Assembly (NCBI GenBank): GCA_964016885.1
Contig: OZ024743.1
Span: 46,996,001-47,060,000, forward strand
Length of the DNA: 64,000 nucleotides
Source of the DNA: Eledone cirrhosa
Taxonomy: Eukaryota
Reading direction: 5' to 3'
This document shows positions 49,301-56,714 of the stretch, one piece after another. The notes beneath the pieces are model-generated. The model saw nothing but the letters and a program-made list of their open reading frames with translations. It was not told the DNA's origin and did no database searches. Positions within the stretch are counted from its first letter, which is position 1. Each line of letters begins with the position of its first letter. The position numbers and the translations under genes are program-made.

Positions 49301-52300
49301 TTATGTGAAGTAAGGAAAAAATGTGAAGTCCTCAAAACTAGAAAGCAATGATATGAGCAGAAATGGGAAGGGAAGTTTTTCCAAAGTTTTTACCTGGTAA
49401 AGGATGATTAAAAGACTTAACACATTCATAAAATGTTAAAAATAGCCATTACAAATGCTTCTCAGACGCAGAGTATATTGAACACAGGGTCCCGGTACCT
49501 GTTTCAAAGATGTGTGCAGTTCTAAAATCTCTCTGTTCACTCAAAACACTTAAATTCTGGTTTAAACCATTTTCCCATCAAAAAGTGTAACTTTTTTCTA
49601 TTATTTTTACTTGTGATTTTATTTTCATTTACCTTACTAATACAACTTATTTTTGTTGTTGCTTTTTTTTTTTTAGATTTTAATGTATTATCATTTTCAA
49701 TACTGATGATGACAAAAGTAATGGGGTCCAGCTGAGATATACCACCTAGCCAAGGGTGTAAAGTCTGCCCCTCCCTTGCCCTTCCCTATTTTTTTCATTA
49801 TTTAATTTTCTTTTCTCTCTTCCTGTTTATTATGTGAAATATTTATCTAAATAAAGTTTGTGTAGTATTTACGGTATTAAGTGTCAGACAATAAAATAAA
49901 AATTGACAAATGTATTAGATAGACATATTTCAAACTATGGAAATGCAATAATATAAGTCAAATCTTTTGTTTTCAGAGCCCTCTTTGAAAGAACATAAAA
50001 GTACAACATCAAATACACGTAAGTACATTCACAACTAATGTCTTTTATATCCATATATATATATATATATGAAGGTGCATGGCTTAGTGGTTAGAGCATT
50101 GGGCTTGCAATCGAAAGGTTGTGAGTTCAATTCCCAGACCAGGTGATGTGTTGTTTGCTTGAGCAAGACACTTTATTTCACATTGCTCCAGTTTACTCAG
50201 CTGTAGAAATGAGATGATAGGACTGGAGTGCCTATCACTCCACTGTAAAGTGGTCGTGGAGGTGCCACAGCAAAAAAGCACCCAGCCCACACTGTAAAGT
50301 GGACGTGTAGGCGCCACGGAAAAAAAAGCACCCAGCACTCACTATAAATGAGGTTGGTGTTAGGAAGGGCATCCAGCTGTAGAAATCAAGCCAGAATCAG
50401 TTCCCGTATGAGCAAGACAAGGTCAGCCGACTGGACACTGCCCACAAAAGGACAACTTGTCTAATCCATGCTAGCGTGGAAGAACGGACGTAAAACGGTG
50501 ATGATGATGATGATGATATATATATATCCATATATATATATTGCACACTTACACCTCTCTAAGACAATGTCATGGGATCGAGACCTTTGGTAATACAGAA
50601 GACCCGCCCTGCCCTCCCTTACGTATGAAGTTAAACCTACAGTCAGTAGGCATCTCTTAACCAAATATACACCCCACTACTCCTACTCCACCCTCCCACT
50701 TCCACCAACACTACCCTTTCTCTGTAAAGTTATGTTGGTATCACAGAACATCCAGTCCACACTAAAGTGGTCATATAGGTGTCATGACAAAAAACACACA
50801 GTCCACGCTGTAAAGTGGTCATATAGGAGACACGGTAAAAAGGCTCCCAGTCCACACAGTAAATGTGGTTGGTGTTAGGAAGGGCATCCAACCATCGAAA
50901 ATCTGCCAGATACAGTCCTATATGAGCAAGACACGGTCACTCGATCAATGTTGCCTCAATGGGACAATTCCCGTCTAACCCATGCTAGTGTGGAAGATAG
51001 ACATTAAACGATGATGATGATGATGATATATATATATATGTGTGTGTGTATATATATAATAATAATAATAAAGAGGACGATTTGTTATGTCTTCATTATG
51101 TTTATTGAGTAGTGACACACGTTTCGCTATTGATTAGCTCCAGGTTTGATCTGTATCGATCCTGTCTGACTCTAGAATCAAAAGTTTGTCGGACTTCTGT
51201 CATTACCACAGCAGTGACAAGCTTTTGATTCCAGAGTCAGACAGGATCAATACAGATCGAACCTGGAGCTGATCAATAGCGAAACGTGTGTCACTACTCA
51301 AAAAACATAATGAAGACATAACAAATCGTTCTTTTTATTATTATTACACATCTATACTTACTGGAAACTATGCACTGAGTGCTCACTCTGGTAAACCTAC
51401 AGTAACTGGACGTTAAAATCCCTATATATATATGTATATCATCATCATCATCATTTTACGTCCGCTTTTCCCTGCTTGCAAGGGTGGGACGGGTCTTATT
51501 CAGCACAGCATCTCTCCACTCGTCACGGTCCCTCGTCATCTCCACCGTGAGCTTCAATGATCTGAGGTCTGTTCTCACTACCTCCGCCCATGTTTTTCGT
51601 GGTCTACCTCTACCACGTCTTCCTTCAACTGGCAATTCCTGATATATATATATATATATACACATGCATACATGGTCCCGAAACTCCTGAGCATTTATAG
51701 TGCATTTTTAAAGCTGTCGGAGCCCGTTCCACCAAGAGCAGAATCCATCTGATATATAAAGACTCAAGCCCAAAGGTTCATCAAGCCAGATTTCTTCCAG
51801 AGAAACATAGAGAGTGAGAGAAAGGATGTGGAAAAGGGTTACAGAGGAAGAATCGACCCTAGTACTTGATTGGTATTTTTTTATGGATGAAAAGCAAAGT
51901 TGACCTCTGCAGGATTTGTATATATATATATGTATATACATATATGTATAAATATAGAGATGTAATGGAATAGCAAGCAAACTAACAGGAAGGGAAAACT
52001 ATGCATGCAGTAGATGTTCAGGGAAAGTTGACAGTAGTAATCGCAGTGATAGACACATTTTTCAAATGCAGGTAGGTTCTATAAAAGTGGTTGATAGTTT
52101 CCAGCACCTAGGTGATCAGATTAGCATGGGAGGAGGGTGTTCCGAGGCCATAGTATCTAAAATAAGGACGGGTTGGAAGAAGTCTAGGGAGCTGCTTCCT
52201 CTGTTGACAAAGAAGGGTTTCTCCCTACGTACAAAAGACCGGTTATATGATGTCTGTGTGAGATGCACGATGTTGCATGGTAGTGAGACATGGGCAGCAA

Positions 52301-52786
52301 CTGCAGAGGATATGCGACGGCTGGAGAGAAATGAAGCAAGTATGCTCCGTTGGATGTACAATGTCAATGTGTGTGAACAACCAAGCATAGATGAGTTGAG
52401 AGAGAAACTGTGTATAAGAGGGATAAGTTGTGGTATGCAGGAGAGATGACTGAGATGGTATGGACATGTGATACGCATGGAGGATGACCGCTGGGTAAAG
52501 AAGTGCCAAGAAATCCCAGTAGAAGGAAGACACAGTAGAGGAAGACCACGTAAAACATGGGCGGAGGTGGTGAGAGCAGACCTCAGATTGCTGAAACTCA
52601 CGGAGGAGATGATGAAGGACTGTGACAAGTGGAGAGATGCTGTGCTGAATAGGACCCGTCCAACCCTTGCAAGCAGGGGAAAGCGGACGTAAAATGATGA
52701 TGATGATATATTATATATATGGCTTCTATAGGACTGGAACTGTTTCATTCAGGAGAAATCATCAGGAAGATGATTGAACCCAGGGT

Positions 52787-52825
<39 letters not shown>

Positions 52826-55800
52826 TTTACGTCCGCTTTTCCCTGCTTGCAAGGGTGGGACGGGTCTTATTCAGCACAGCATCTCTCCACTCATCACGGT
52901 CCCTCGTCATCTCCGCCGGGAACTTCAATGATCTGAGGTCTGTTCTCACCACCTCCGCCCATGTTTTTCGTGGTCTACCTCTACCACGTCTTCCTTCAAC
53001 TGGCATTTCCTGGCACTTCTTCACCCATCGGTCATCCTCCATGCGCATCACATGTCCATACCACCTCAGTCTCCTCTCCCGTACACTACATTCTATCCCT
53101 CTCAGACACAGTTTCTCTCTCAACACATTTATGCTGGGTCGTTCATGCACATTTACACTGCACATCTAACGGAGCATGCTTGCCTCATTTCTCTCCAGCC
53201 GTCGCATATCCTCTGCGGTTGCTGCCCATGTCTCACTACCATGCAGCATCACGCTCCTCACACAGGCATCATACAACCGGCCTTTCGTACGCAGGGAGAA
53301 ACCCTTCTTCATCAACAGAGAAAGCAGCTCCCTAAACTTCTTCCAACCCGTCCTTATTCTAGATACTATGGCCTCGGAACACCCTCCTCCCATGCTAATC
53401 TGATCTCCTAGGTACCGGAAGCTATCCACCACTTCTATAGCGCCCTCTCGCATTTGAAAAATGTGTCTATCAGTGCGACTTCTACTGTCTAATTTCCCTG
53501 TACATCTACTGCATACATATTTCTCCCTACCTGTTAGTTTGCCTGCTATCCCGCTACATCTCTTGTGTACCCAGGACCTGCATTGTGTGCATTTTATAGA
53601 ATGTATGCCAGTTCCTTTTCTGCATATCGAACATGGCCATTTCCCTGACGGAATCAGGGTTTTGTCCTCTTTTCTACTCATCAACACTTTTGTCTTAGCT
53701 AGATTTACTCTCAGTCCTCTTGCTTCCAACTGCTGTTTCCATAGCCGGAATTTATTCTCTAGCTCCTCTACTGATTCTGCTATAAGAGCCAGATCGTCAG
53801 CATAGAGAAGTTCCCATGGACAGCCAGTCTTAAACTCCTCTGTTATGGCTTGGAGGACTATAATGAACAAGAGCGGGCTGAGGACCGAACCCTGATGTAC
53901 TCCTACTTGTATCTGGAATTCCTCACTAAACTCCATTCCTACCCTGACTTTACTGAGAGTACCTCTGTACAAAGTTTGCACTGTCCTCACAAGCCATTCC
54001 TCAACACCTAGCTTCCTTAGGGACCACCAGATGACAGATCGGGGTACCCTATCAAAGGCCTTCTCTAGGTCAACAAAGGCTAAGTATAGTGGCTTATACT
54101 TCTCTAAGAATCTGTCTTGCATTTGTCTCACCAAGAAGAGGGCATCTGTTGTACTCTTCCCAGGCACAAAACCAAACTGCATCTCATCTAGTTTGACCCT
54201 TTCTCTAATTAGTTGTGCTAAAATCCTTTCTGCCACTTTCATAACCTGATCTATCAGTTTTATACCCCTATAATTGCTCCTCTCCAAAGCATCCCCTTTA
54301 CCTTTGTCGCAATTTATGAGAATACTGCTGCACCAGTCTTTGGGTATGACACCACCATATATAGCCTGATTGATGATGCGTGCAACCAGTTTAAGCCTAC
54401 GTCCCCTGATGCCTTCAGCATCTCAGCAACTATTCCCGATGGTCCGGCCGCCTTACCATTTTTCATTTCCCTAATCACCTCTTGGACCCTATATTCGTCA
54501 ATCTCAATAGCTGGTCCCTCTGTCGGATCTACCAAGGGTAATTTCTCTCTCTCCCATTCGTTCTCCACATTCATCAGTCTCTCATAATGACATAAACATA
54601 TATATATATATTACATACATGTGTGCATGTGTGTGTCACCATCATCATCTTCCTCATCACCATCATCCTGACTGTTTTACATCTATTTTCCATGCTTACG
54701 TATGTTAGATGGTTTGTCATGTTCTGAGGCTTGACAGATCAGATGACAGCGTTTCACTCATACACTCCATTCTGGCATGGTTTCTATGGCTTTATGCCCT
54801 TCCTAATGACAACTACTTCATGCTGTGTACTAGCTGTATTTTATTGTGGCATCAGCACTCCCACCTGACAGGATGGACTGGGTGTTTTTGTCATGGTACC
54901 AGCACTACTGCTTTATAGAGTGGACTTGGTGAATTTTATCATGGCATCAGTACTGTAATTTATAGAGTGGGTTGAGTGCATTTTATTGTGGTATCAGCTC
55001 AACCAATTTTCTAAGCACTTGTGTAATTCTTGGTTAAGCTGGGCATGCTGTGATGGGAGAGGTGGTGGACGAATGTAGAGGGAGTGTTAATCTATATATT
55101 GCTTGCTAAATGATAAGTAATATGTTTCTAGTGAATTCTTATAAACCTAACAACAATGGATAATTTGGCATGGGTCTGAAACCAAGGGTGCCAGAAAATA
55201 AGTGTTGTAACTTGCACTTTGTTTTAACACTTTTGTGACATATTTCTAACGAAATACACAGTATTTCAATTAATTAATGAAAAATTTGGAGAGATTTACT
55301 AAAATCATTAATTATTTTATTATTAGGGTGGTATTTGTAATATTACTTAACAAAAGGTTCTTGTATTGAATTGTGCCAGAAGATTTCAATTTAAATAGGA
55401 ACCTTTTAAAATGGGTGATTTTGTTTCATAAAACCAGAGTTACTGAGTTGAAAATGTATTTGAATTAAATAATGAAGAATTTGGATGGAGCTATTAAAAT
55501 TATTATCTCATTATGCTGGTATTTGTAACATAACAAATGATTCTTATATAAAATCATGTTTGAAGATTTTAATGTTTTATATCAGAGACAATTTTGAACA
55601 TGTTGGCATCATAAAGGTAAAAAAGATTAGTCTATTTGTTGCTTGTTCCAATAGTAATTGTTTATTTTTGTTTTGTACTTCTTTGTTGCAGAGAATAGCG
55701 GTAAATCGATGTTTGTGCTCTTTGACAATGTAAACCAACCTGAGAGTGAATCTAATACTGGCACTTCAAGAAACGAGTGTTTGGGGCCAAAGCCACCAGT

Positions 55801-56551
55801 ATTTATTGTACCTACTACACAAGTAAATGAGGGTGGCAGCCCAAAACACTCATCTAATAACACTGGCTCTCAACATGGCGATCATTCTCAACAAAAGCTC
55901 AATTTTAAACCATCTGTCAATAAACCCAATGAAAATACTACTGAAAAAGTTCCAGTAATCCCACTTCATTCTTCCCCTGATTCCACTAGAAGGAAACAAA
56001 TACCTCTTTCCCCTGTCAAATACAATTCTCCTTCGGATATCTCCGGAAATAAATCCCTTACAGACTTTCCTAAGAATCAAGCTTTAGAAAATCCACCTAT
56101 GAAAACATCTTCTGTTGATCAAATCGGGAAACAAAGTGCACCATCTACTGTGATGGCCCAAGCAGCAGACACAAATGGGAATTCAGAGAAACTAGCAAAC
56201 CCACAAAAGGAAATTCCTCCAGCAATAAAAAGCAGTCAAAGTCCTACAGGCACAACCAGAACCACTGCAGGGAAAGATGAAATAATCAAACCAAAATCAC
56301 CCCATCAAACACAGTCAGATTTAGTGAAATCTCATGCTAGACCAGTTGCAATTATTTTACCCCCTGTTAATTCAAGTAAAAATACTGGCCAAACAACTAA
56401 CTACATTGCCTTGAAATCTCCTCGGCAAGCAAGTCCTGTGGGTTCAGAAAATATATTTTTTGATGTCGGCCGTATTGAACGTAGTAGAAGTTTTATAGAA
56501 GATAAAATGTCCGACTCACCAACTCAGAAAGATCCTGGAGCTCCAAGATAA
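8320..56551 (+). CDS. HVCN1: Voltage-gated proton channel (Hv family), spliced gene, 5'-partial. Exons: 8320-8444, 10535-10941, 12781-12834, 16928-17066, 30444-30559, 35676-35766, 38441-38488, 42096-42128, 46163-46183, 49977-50018, 55692-56551
   Basis: All exons have AG/GT boundaries with matching phases and join into one open frame (1936 nt, about 644 aa plus stop). Motifs: S1 [16 protein letters not shown] (Asp equivalent to human D112), S2 [15 protein letters not shown]3 [14 protein letters not shown]4 [11 protein letters not shown], then a coiled coil. The specific Hv paralog is not determined. Confidence 0.9.
8862..9775 (+). mobile_element. RTE family A 3' fragment with (GAT)n tail
   Basis: Near-identical to 7250-7990 and 27335-28269; ORF 9016-9369. 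Confidence 0.9.
9946..9985 (-). ncRNA. Hammerhead-like motif, U3-A8 core variant (family B)
   Basis: Reverse complement tactt TTGAAAA gcag aagaa ctgc GAAA ccgg TA aagga; 4-bp stem II and palindromic stem III ACCGGT. Confidence 0.6.
10046..10085 (+). ncRNA. Hammerhead-like motif, U3-A8 core variant (family B, inverted arm)
   Basis: tccat TTGAAAA gcag aagaa ctgc GAAA ccgg TA aagga; one stem I mismatch. Confidence 0.55.
10222..10402 (+). mobile_element. RTE family B tail fragment
   Basis: Family B 3' end followed by (GAT)n. Confidence 0.75.
10535..10941 (+). CDS. HVCN1: Hv exon: His-rich S1-S2 loop plus S2 helix
   Basis: Open frame overlapping ORF 10666-11025, ending [18 protein letters not shown]|gtaagc. 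Two in-phase acceptors (exon start 10535 or 10541). Confidence 0.9.
11057..11276. repeat. 32-bp minisatellite, about 7 copies
   Basis: Unit gctggtacctgggtatttagccccctagtaga. Confidence 0.92.
12781..12834 (+). CDS. HVCN1: Hv exon: S2-S3 linker ([18 protein letters not shown])
   Basis: Acceptor attattgtag, donor gtatgt, phase 0/0. Resembles the Hv1 FK....FFHHKFE linker. Confidence 0.88.
12893..13212 (-). mobile_element. CR1-clade LINE 3' end
   Basis: [28 protein letters not shown] with a (TTA)n tail; repeated at 62573 and 63200. Confidence 0.8.
13363..13540 (-). mobile_element. Tc1/mariner transposase fragment
   Basis: [19 protein letters not shown] in ORF 13450-13710, and a TA-cgaggtctg end. 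Confidence 0.7.
13639..13682 (+). ncRNA. Minimal type I hammerhead ribozyme (family C)
   Basis: atcgtc CTGACGA t ggc cagtcaa gcc t GAAA tgca TA gacggt; palindromic stem III ATGCAT. Confidence 0.8.
14282..14798 (+). mobile_element. Non-autonomous Helitron-like element
   Basis: Starts TCtatatatataaag and ends CTAG followed by T; an inverted second copy is at 38859. Confidence 0.7.
15290..16535. repeat. 44-bp minisatellite, about 28 copies
   Basis: Unit gagaaacatgtgtagttgttatgtgttagatagatcagtgttgt. Confidence 0.95.
16676..16891. mobile_element. TTAA-flanked MITE just upstream of the S3-S4 exon
   Basis: TTAA-ctcttaacatcctg...caggacattaagag-TTAA. Confidence 0.55.
16928..17066 (+). CDS. HVCN1: Hv exon: S3-S4 ([47 protein letters not shown])
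   Basis: Strong polypyrimidine acceptor, donor g|gtaggt. The Hv signature RxWRxxR is at 17036-17056, followed by Asn. Confidence 0.95.
19359..20628 (-). mobile_element. Third RTE-like LINE family, 5'-inverted copy interrupted by a SINE
   Basis: Minus-strand ORF 19575-20057 ([24 protein letters not shown]) with an (ATCAT/ATCGC)n tail. The upstream RT part lies on the plus strand at 20076-20151 and 20549-20628 (VNAGKTEY...VDDFKYLGS). Confidence 0.82.
20152..20548 (+). mobile_element. tRNA-derived SINE family 2 with RTE-derived tail
   Basis: A box tggcttagtgg, B box gagtttaattc, core ccttgagcaagacactt; the 3' end matches the RTE family B tail. Confidence 0.85.
20629..21388. repeat. (ATAAT)n pentanucleotide array, about 150 units
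   Basis: Pure repeat. Confidence 0.97.
21410..22045 (+). mobile_element. Old, internally deleted RTE fragment
   Basis: AGDFNGH, PTEGPAI and [13 protein letters not shown] match families A and B. Confidence 0.8.
22200..22308. mobile_element. Tc1/mariner-type MITE
   Basis: TIRs of about 30 bp (cagggtgcccc...tgtatacacactt / aagtgtgtataca...gggacaccctg) flanked by TA. Confidence 0.8.
22322..22728 (+). mobile_element. RTE family A 3' UTR fragment
   Basis: Matches 27862-28269. Confidence 0.85.
22780..22973. repeat. Fold-back element (arms of about 70 bp) in (TA)n; related fragment at 43440-43505
   Basis: 22780-22849 is the reverse complement of 22904-22973 with few mismatches. Confidence 0.8.
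22998..24575 (-). mobile_element. AT-rich degraded element with a hammerhead in its terminus, probably Penelope-like; interrupted by the RTE at 24580
   Basis: Its terminal roughly 450 bp is repeated at 42805-43260 and contains hammerhead family D. It is inserted in a (TA)n tract. Coding remnants are not firmly identifiable. Confidence 0.5.
23042..23112 (-). ncRNA. Type I hammerhead ribozyme (family D, copy 1)
   Basis: Reverse complement ttttat CTGATGA gga-c-gtactg [loop] cagtac-c-tcc GAAA tatata TA ataaaa; long stem II and palindromic stem III. Confidence 0.8.
24580..28269 (+). mobile_element. RTE family A, near full-length pseudogenised copy (APE endonuclease, RT, PHD finger)
   Basis: ORF 24909-25469 has APE motifs ([26 protein letters not shown]). 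ORF 26199-27602 is RT with YTDD. Contains stops and frameshifts and ends in a (GAT)n tail. Confidence 0.93.
30444..30559 (+). CDS. HVCN1: Hv exon: end of S4 and coiled coil ([39 protein letters not shown])
   Basis: Acceptor ttctttacag, donor gtaaga. Phase 1 completes the NG-VIISV motif; heptad-like Leu/Ile pattern. Confidence 0.92.
30650..31225 (+). mobile_element. Three tandem SINE family 1 copies
   Basis: Repeated A box/B box/core units, each following the previous copy's ATT tail. Confidence 0.8.
31439..31649. mobile_element. piggyBac-type MITE (family 1)
   Basis: TTAA-ccctttagcattta...taaatgcaaaaggg-TTAA. Confidence 0.78.
33800..34135 (+). mobile_element. SINE family 2
   Basis: Matches 20152-20548. 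Confidence 0.85.
34552..34774. mobile_element. piggyBac-type MITE (family 1)
   Basis: TTAA-ccctttagcattta...taaatgctaaaggg. Confidence 0.78.
35025..35590. repeat. (GTA/GTG)n compound microsatellite
   Basis: Visible trinucleotide repeat ending about 85 nt before an exon acceptor. Confidence 0.9.
35676..35766 (+). CDS. HVCN1: Hv exon: end of coiled coil ([30 protein letters not shown])
   Basis: Acceptor tttcactttgacag, donor g|gtgagt, phase 0 to 1, no stops. Confidence 0.82.
35787..36632. repeat. Variable-unit (about 25-30 bp) minisatellite
   Basis: Core taggtcgcactgattcccttgac with aa, tctcaa or tctctg linkers. Confidence 0.93.
36900..37520 (-). mobile_element. Old RTE 3' fragment
   Basis: Antisense match to the [12 protein letters not shown]...WYGHVMH region. 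Confidence 0.75.
37800..38320 (-). mobile_element. hAT (SPIN/Buster/GTF2IRD2-like) transposon fragment
   Basis: ORF 37923-38156 [20 protein letters not shown]...AFEKKLQLW, with a hAT-like end ggttgccaacctctg near 38305-38318. Confidence 0.72.
38441..38488 (+). CDS. HVCN1: Hv C-terminal 48-nt exon ([16 protein letters not shown])
   Basis: Acceptor ttttattttag, donor g|gtatgt, phase 1/1, open frame. Confidence 0.65.
38859..39335 (-). mobile_element. Non-autonomous Helitron-like element, second copy
   Basis: Reverse-complement match to 14282-14798. Confidence 0.7.
39380..40778 (-). mobile_element. Penelope-like retroelement (GIY-YIG endonuclease and RT fragment), rearranged
   Basis: Minus ORFs 40026-40448 ([15 protein letters not shown]) and 39736-40065 (HQSTF, CVLCIDE, LNSRNEI). 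A plus-strand RT segment at 40442-40735 reads [17 protein letters not shown]...GIYRDDGL...VDFLDINL. A hammerhead motif sits at the 3' end. Confidence 0.88.
39529..39568 (-). ncRNA. Hammerhead-like motif at the 3' end of the Penelope-like element (U4A core variant)
   Basis: Reverse complement ccgag CAGAAGA t cc gctaa gg t GAAA caattg TT ctcgg; 5-bp stem I and palindromic stem III ACAATTGT. Confidence 0.6.
41014..41060 (-). ncRNA. Hammerhead-like motif (U4C core variant)
   Basis: Reverse complement tgct CCGAAGA a tccaaac ctcg gtttgga g GAAA cagctg TA agca; palindromic stem III ACAGCTGT. Confidence 0.62.
41369..41430 (+). ncRNA. Minimal type I hammerhead ribozyme (family E)
   Basis: agggata-gtta-tctt CTGATGA aga [aacaatcatc] tct GAAA tata TA aaga-ctg-tatccct; bipartite stem I and palindromic stem III. 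Confidence 0.75.
42096..42128 (+). CDS. HVCN1: Hv C-terminal 33-nt microexon ([11 protein letters not shown])
   Basis: Acceptor ttctctatattgtag, donor gtaagt, phase 1/1. Confidence 0.68.
42805..43260 (-). mobile_element. Second copy of the hammerhead-D-bearing terminus
   Basis: Colinear with 22998-23470. Confidence 0.7.
42852..42922 (-). ncRNA. Type I hammerhead ribozyme (family D, copy 2)
   Basis: Same motif with stem I atatattttat/ataaaatatat. Confidence 0.8.
43690..44338 (-). mobile_element. RTE family A-like 3' fragment
   Basis: ORF 44087-44383 ([13 protein letters not shown]) with 3' UTR and tail. Confidence 0.8.
44442..44477 (-). ncRNA. Decayed minimal hammerhead motif
   Basis: Reverse complement tctt CTGATGA a ggac tagt gtct GAAA ca TT aaga. 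Stem III looks like acgt mutated to acat by CpG decay. Confidence 0.45.
45604..45841. mobile_element. TTAA-flanked MITE (family 2; related copies near 1707-2180, 29547-29770, 31654-32260, 55225-55440, 57374-57580)
   Basis: TTAA-cctttttgtta...tatcaaaaggg-TTAA; the internal sequence is shared among the copies. Confidence 0.62.
45882..46100. mobile_element. piggyBac-type MITE (family 1, opposite orientation)
   Basis: TTAA-ctctttagcattt...aaatgctaaaggg-TTAA. Confidence 0.75.
46163..46183 (+). CDS. HVCN1: Hv C-terminal 21-nt microexon (TTTSSPT)
   Basis: Acceptor tctctattccag, donor gtgagt, phase 1/1. Confidence 0.65.
46250..46395. repeat. (GTA/GCA)n microsatellite
   Basis: Visible trinucleotide repeat. 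Confidence 0.9.
48470..48830 (+). mobile_element. Degraded non-LTR RT fragment
   Basis: Peptide [23 protein letters not shown] with nearby stops; clade uncertain, possibly R4/Dong-like. Confidence 0.45.
48855..49125 (-). mobile_element. Older tRNA-derived SINE (related copy near 30030-30260)
   Basis: tRNA-like head on the minus strand and a cttaagcaaaacactt core. Confidence 0.65.
49977..50018 (+). CDS. HVCN1: Hv C-terminal 42-nt exon ([14 protein letters not shown])
   Basis: Acceptor tcttttgttttcag, donor gtaagt, phase 1/1. Confidence 0.7.
50070..50518 (+). mobile_element. SINE family 2, longer alternative tail
   Basis: Same head and core; the 3' end catgctagcgtggaagaacggacg resembles RTE family A. 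Confidence 0.85.
50540..51028 (+). mobile_element. RTE family A 3' fragment
   Basis: Matches 9330-9775. Confidence 0.82.
51059..51346. repeat. Fold-back element (arms of about 125 bp)
   Basis: 51059-51184 is the reverse complement of 51221-51346. Confidence 0.85.
51437..51641 (-). mobile_element. RTE family B extreme 3' fragment
   Basis: [13 protein letters not shown] followed by the family B tail. Confidence 0.85.
51945..52708 (+). mobile_element. RTE family B 3' fragment
   Basis: ORFs 52066-52449 and 52468-52692 are homologous to the 52788-53560 copy and tail-to-tail with it. Confidence 0.9.
52788..54590 (-). mobile_element. RTE family B, 5'-truncated (RT and PHD finger)
   Basis: ORF 53166-54287 has LYADD and the Cys/His cluster. 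3' end cccacccttgcaagcagggaaaagcggacgtaaaa(tga)n. Confidence 0.93.
55692..56551 (+). CDS. HVCN1: Terminal coding exon: S/T/P/K/N-rich low-complexity C-terminal tail (about 286 aa)
   Basis: Non-repeat ORF 55658-56551. Acceptor ttctttgttgcag is in phase 1 and the stop is TAA. Linkage to the Hv gene is inferred from strand and phase continuity. Confidence 0.78.
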
Positions 56552-56611
56552 TGACTTACATCATAAAATATCCATTGAAAAATTCAGATACTCATGTTTA
56601 CAGAAAACAAA

Positions 56612-56626
56612 AATAAAAAAAATAAA
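56612..56626 (+). promoter_or_regulatory. Candidate polyadenylation signals (two AATAAA)
   Basis: AATAAA at 56612 and 56621, about 60 nt after the stop. The motif is common in AT-rich DNA. Confidence 0.3.
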
Positions 56627-56683
56627 AAAATTTTTTAAAAAGTGTTTAGGAAAATAACGCATAAGAATTATTAATGAACAATA

Positions 56684-56714
<31 letters not shown>

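Noticed and set aside
52723-52769. Minus-strand CTGATGA...GAAA between the two LINE tails
   Set aside because: Stem II is plausible but stem III does not pair; at best a degenerate remnant.
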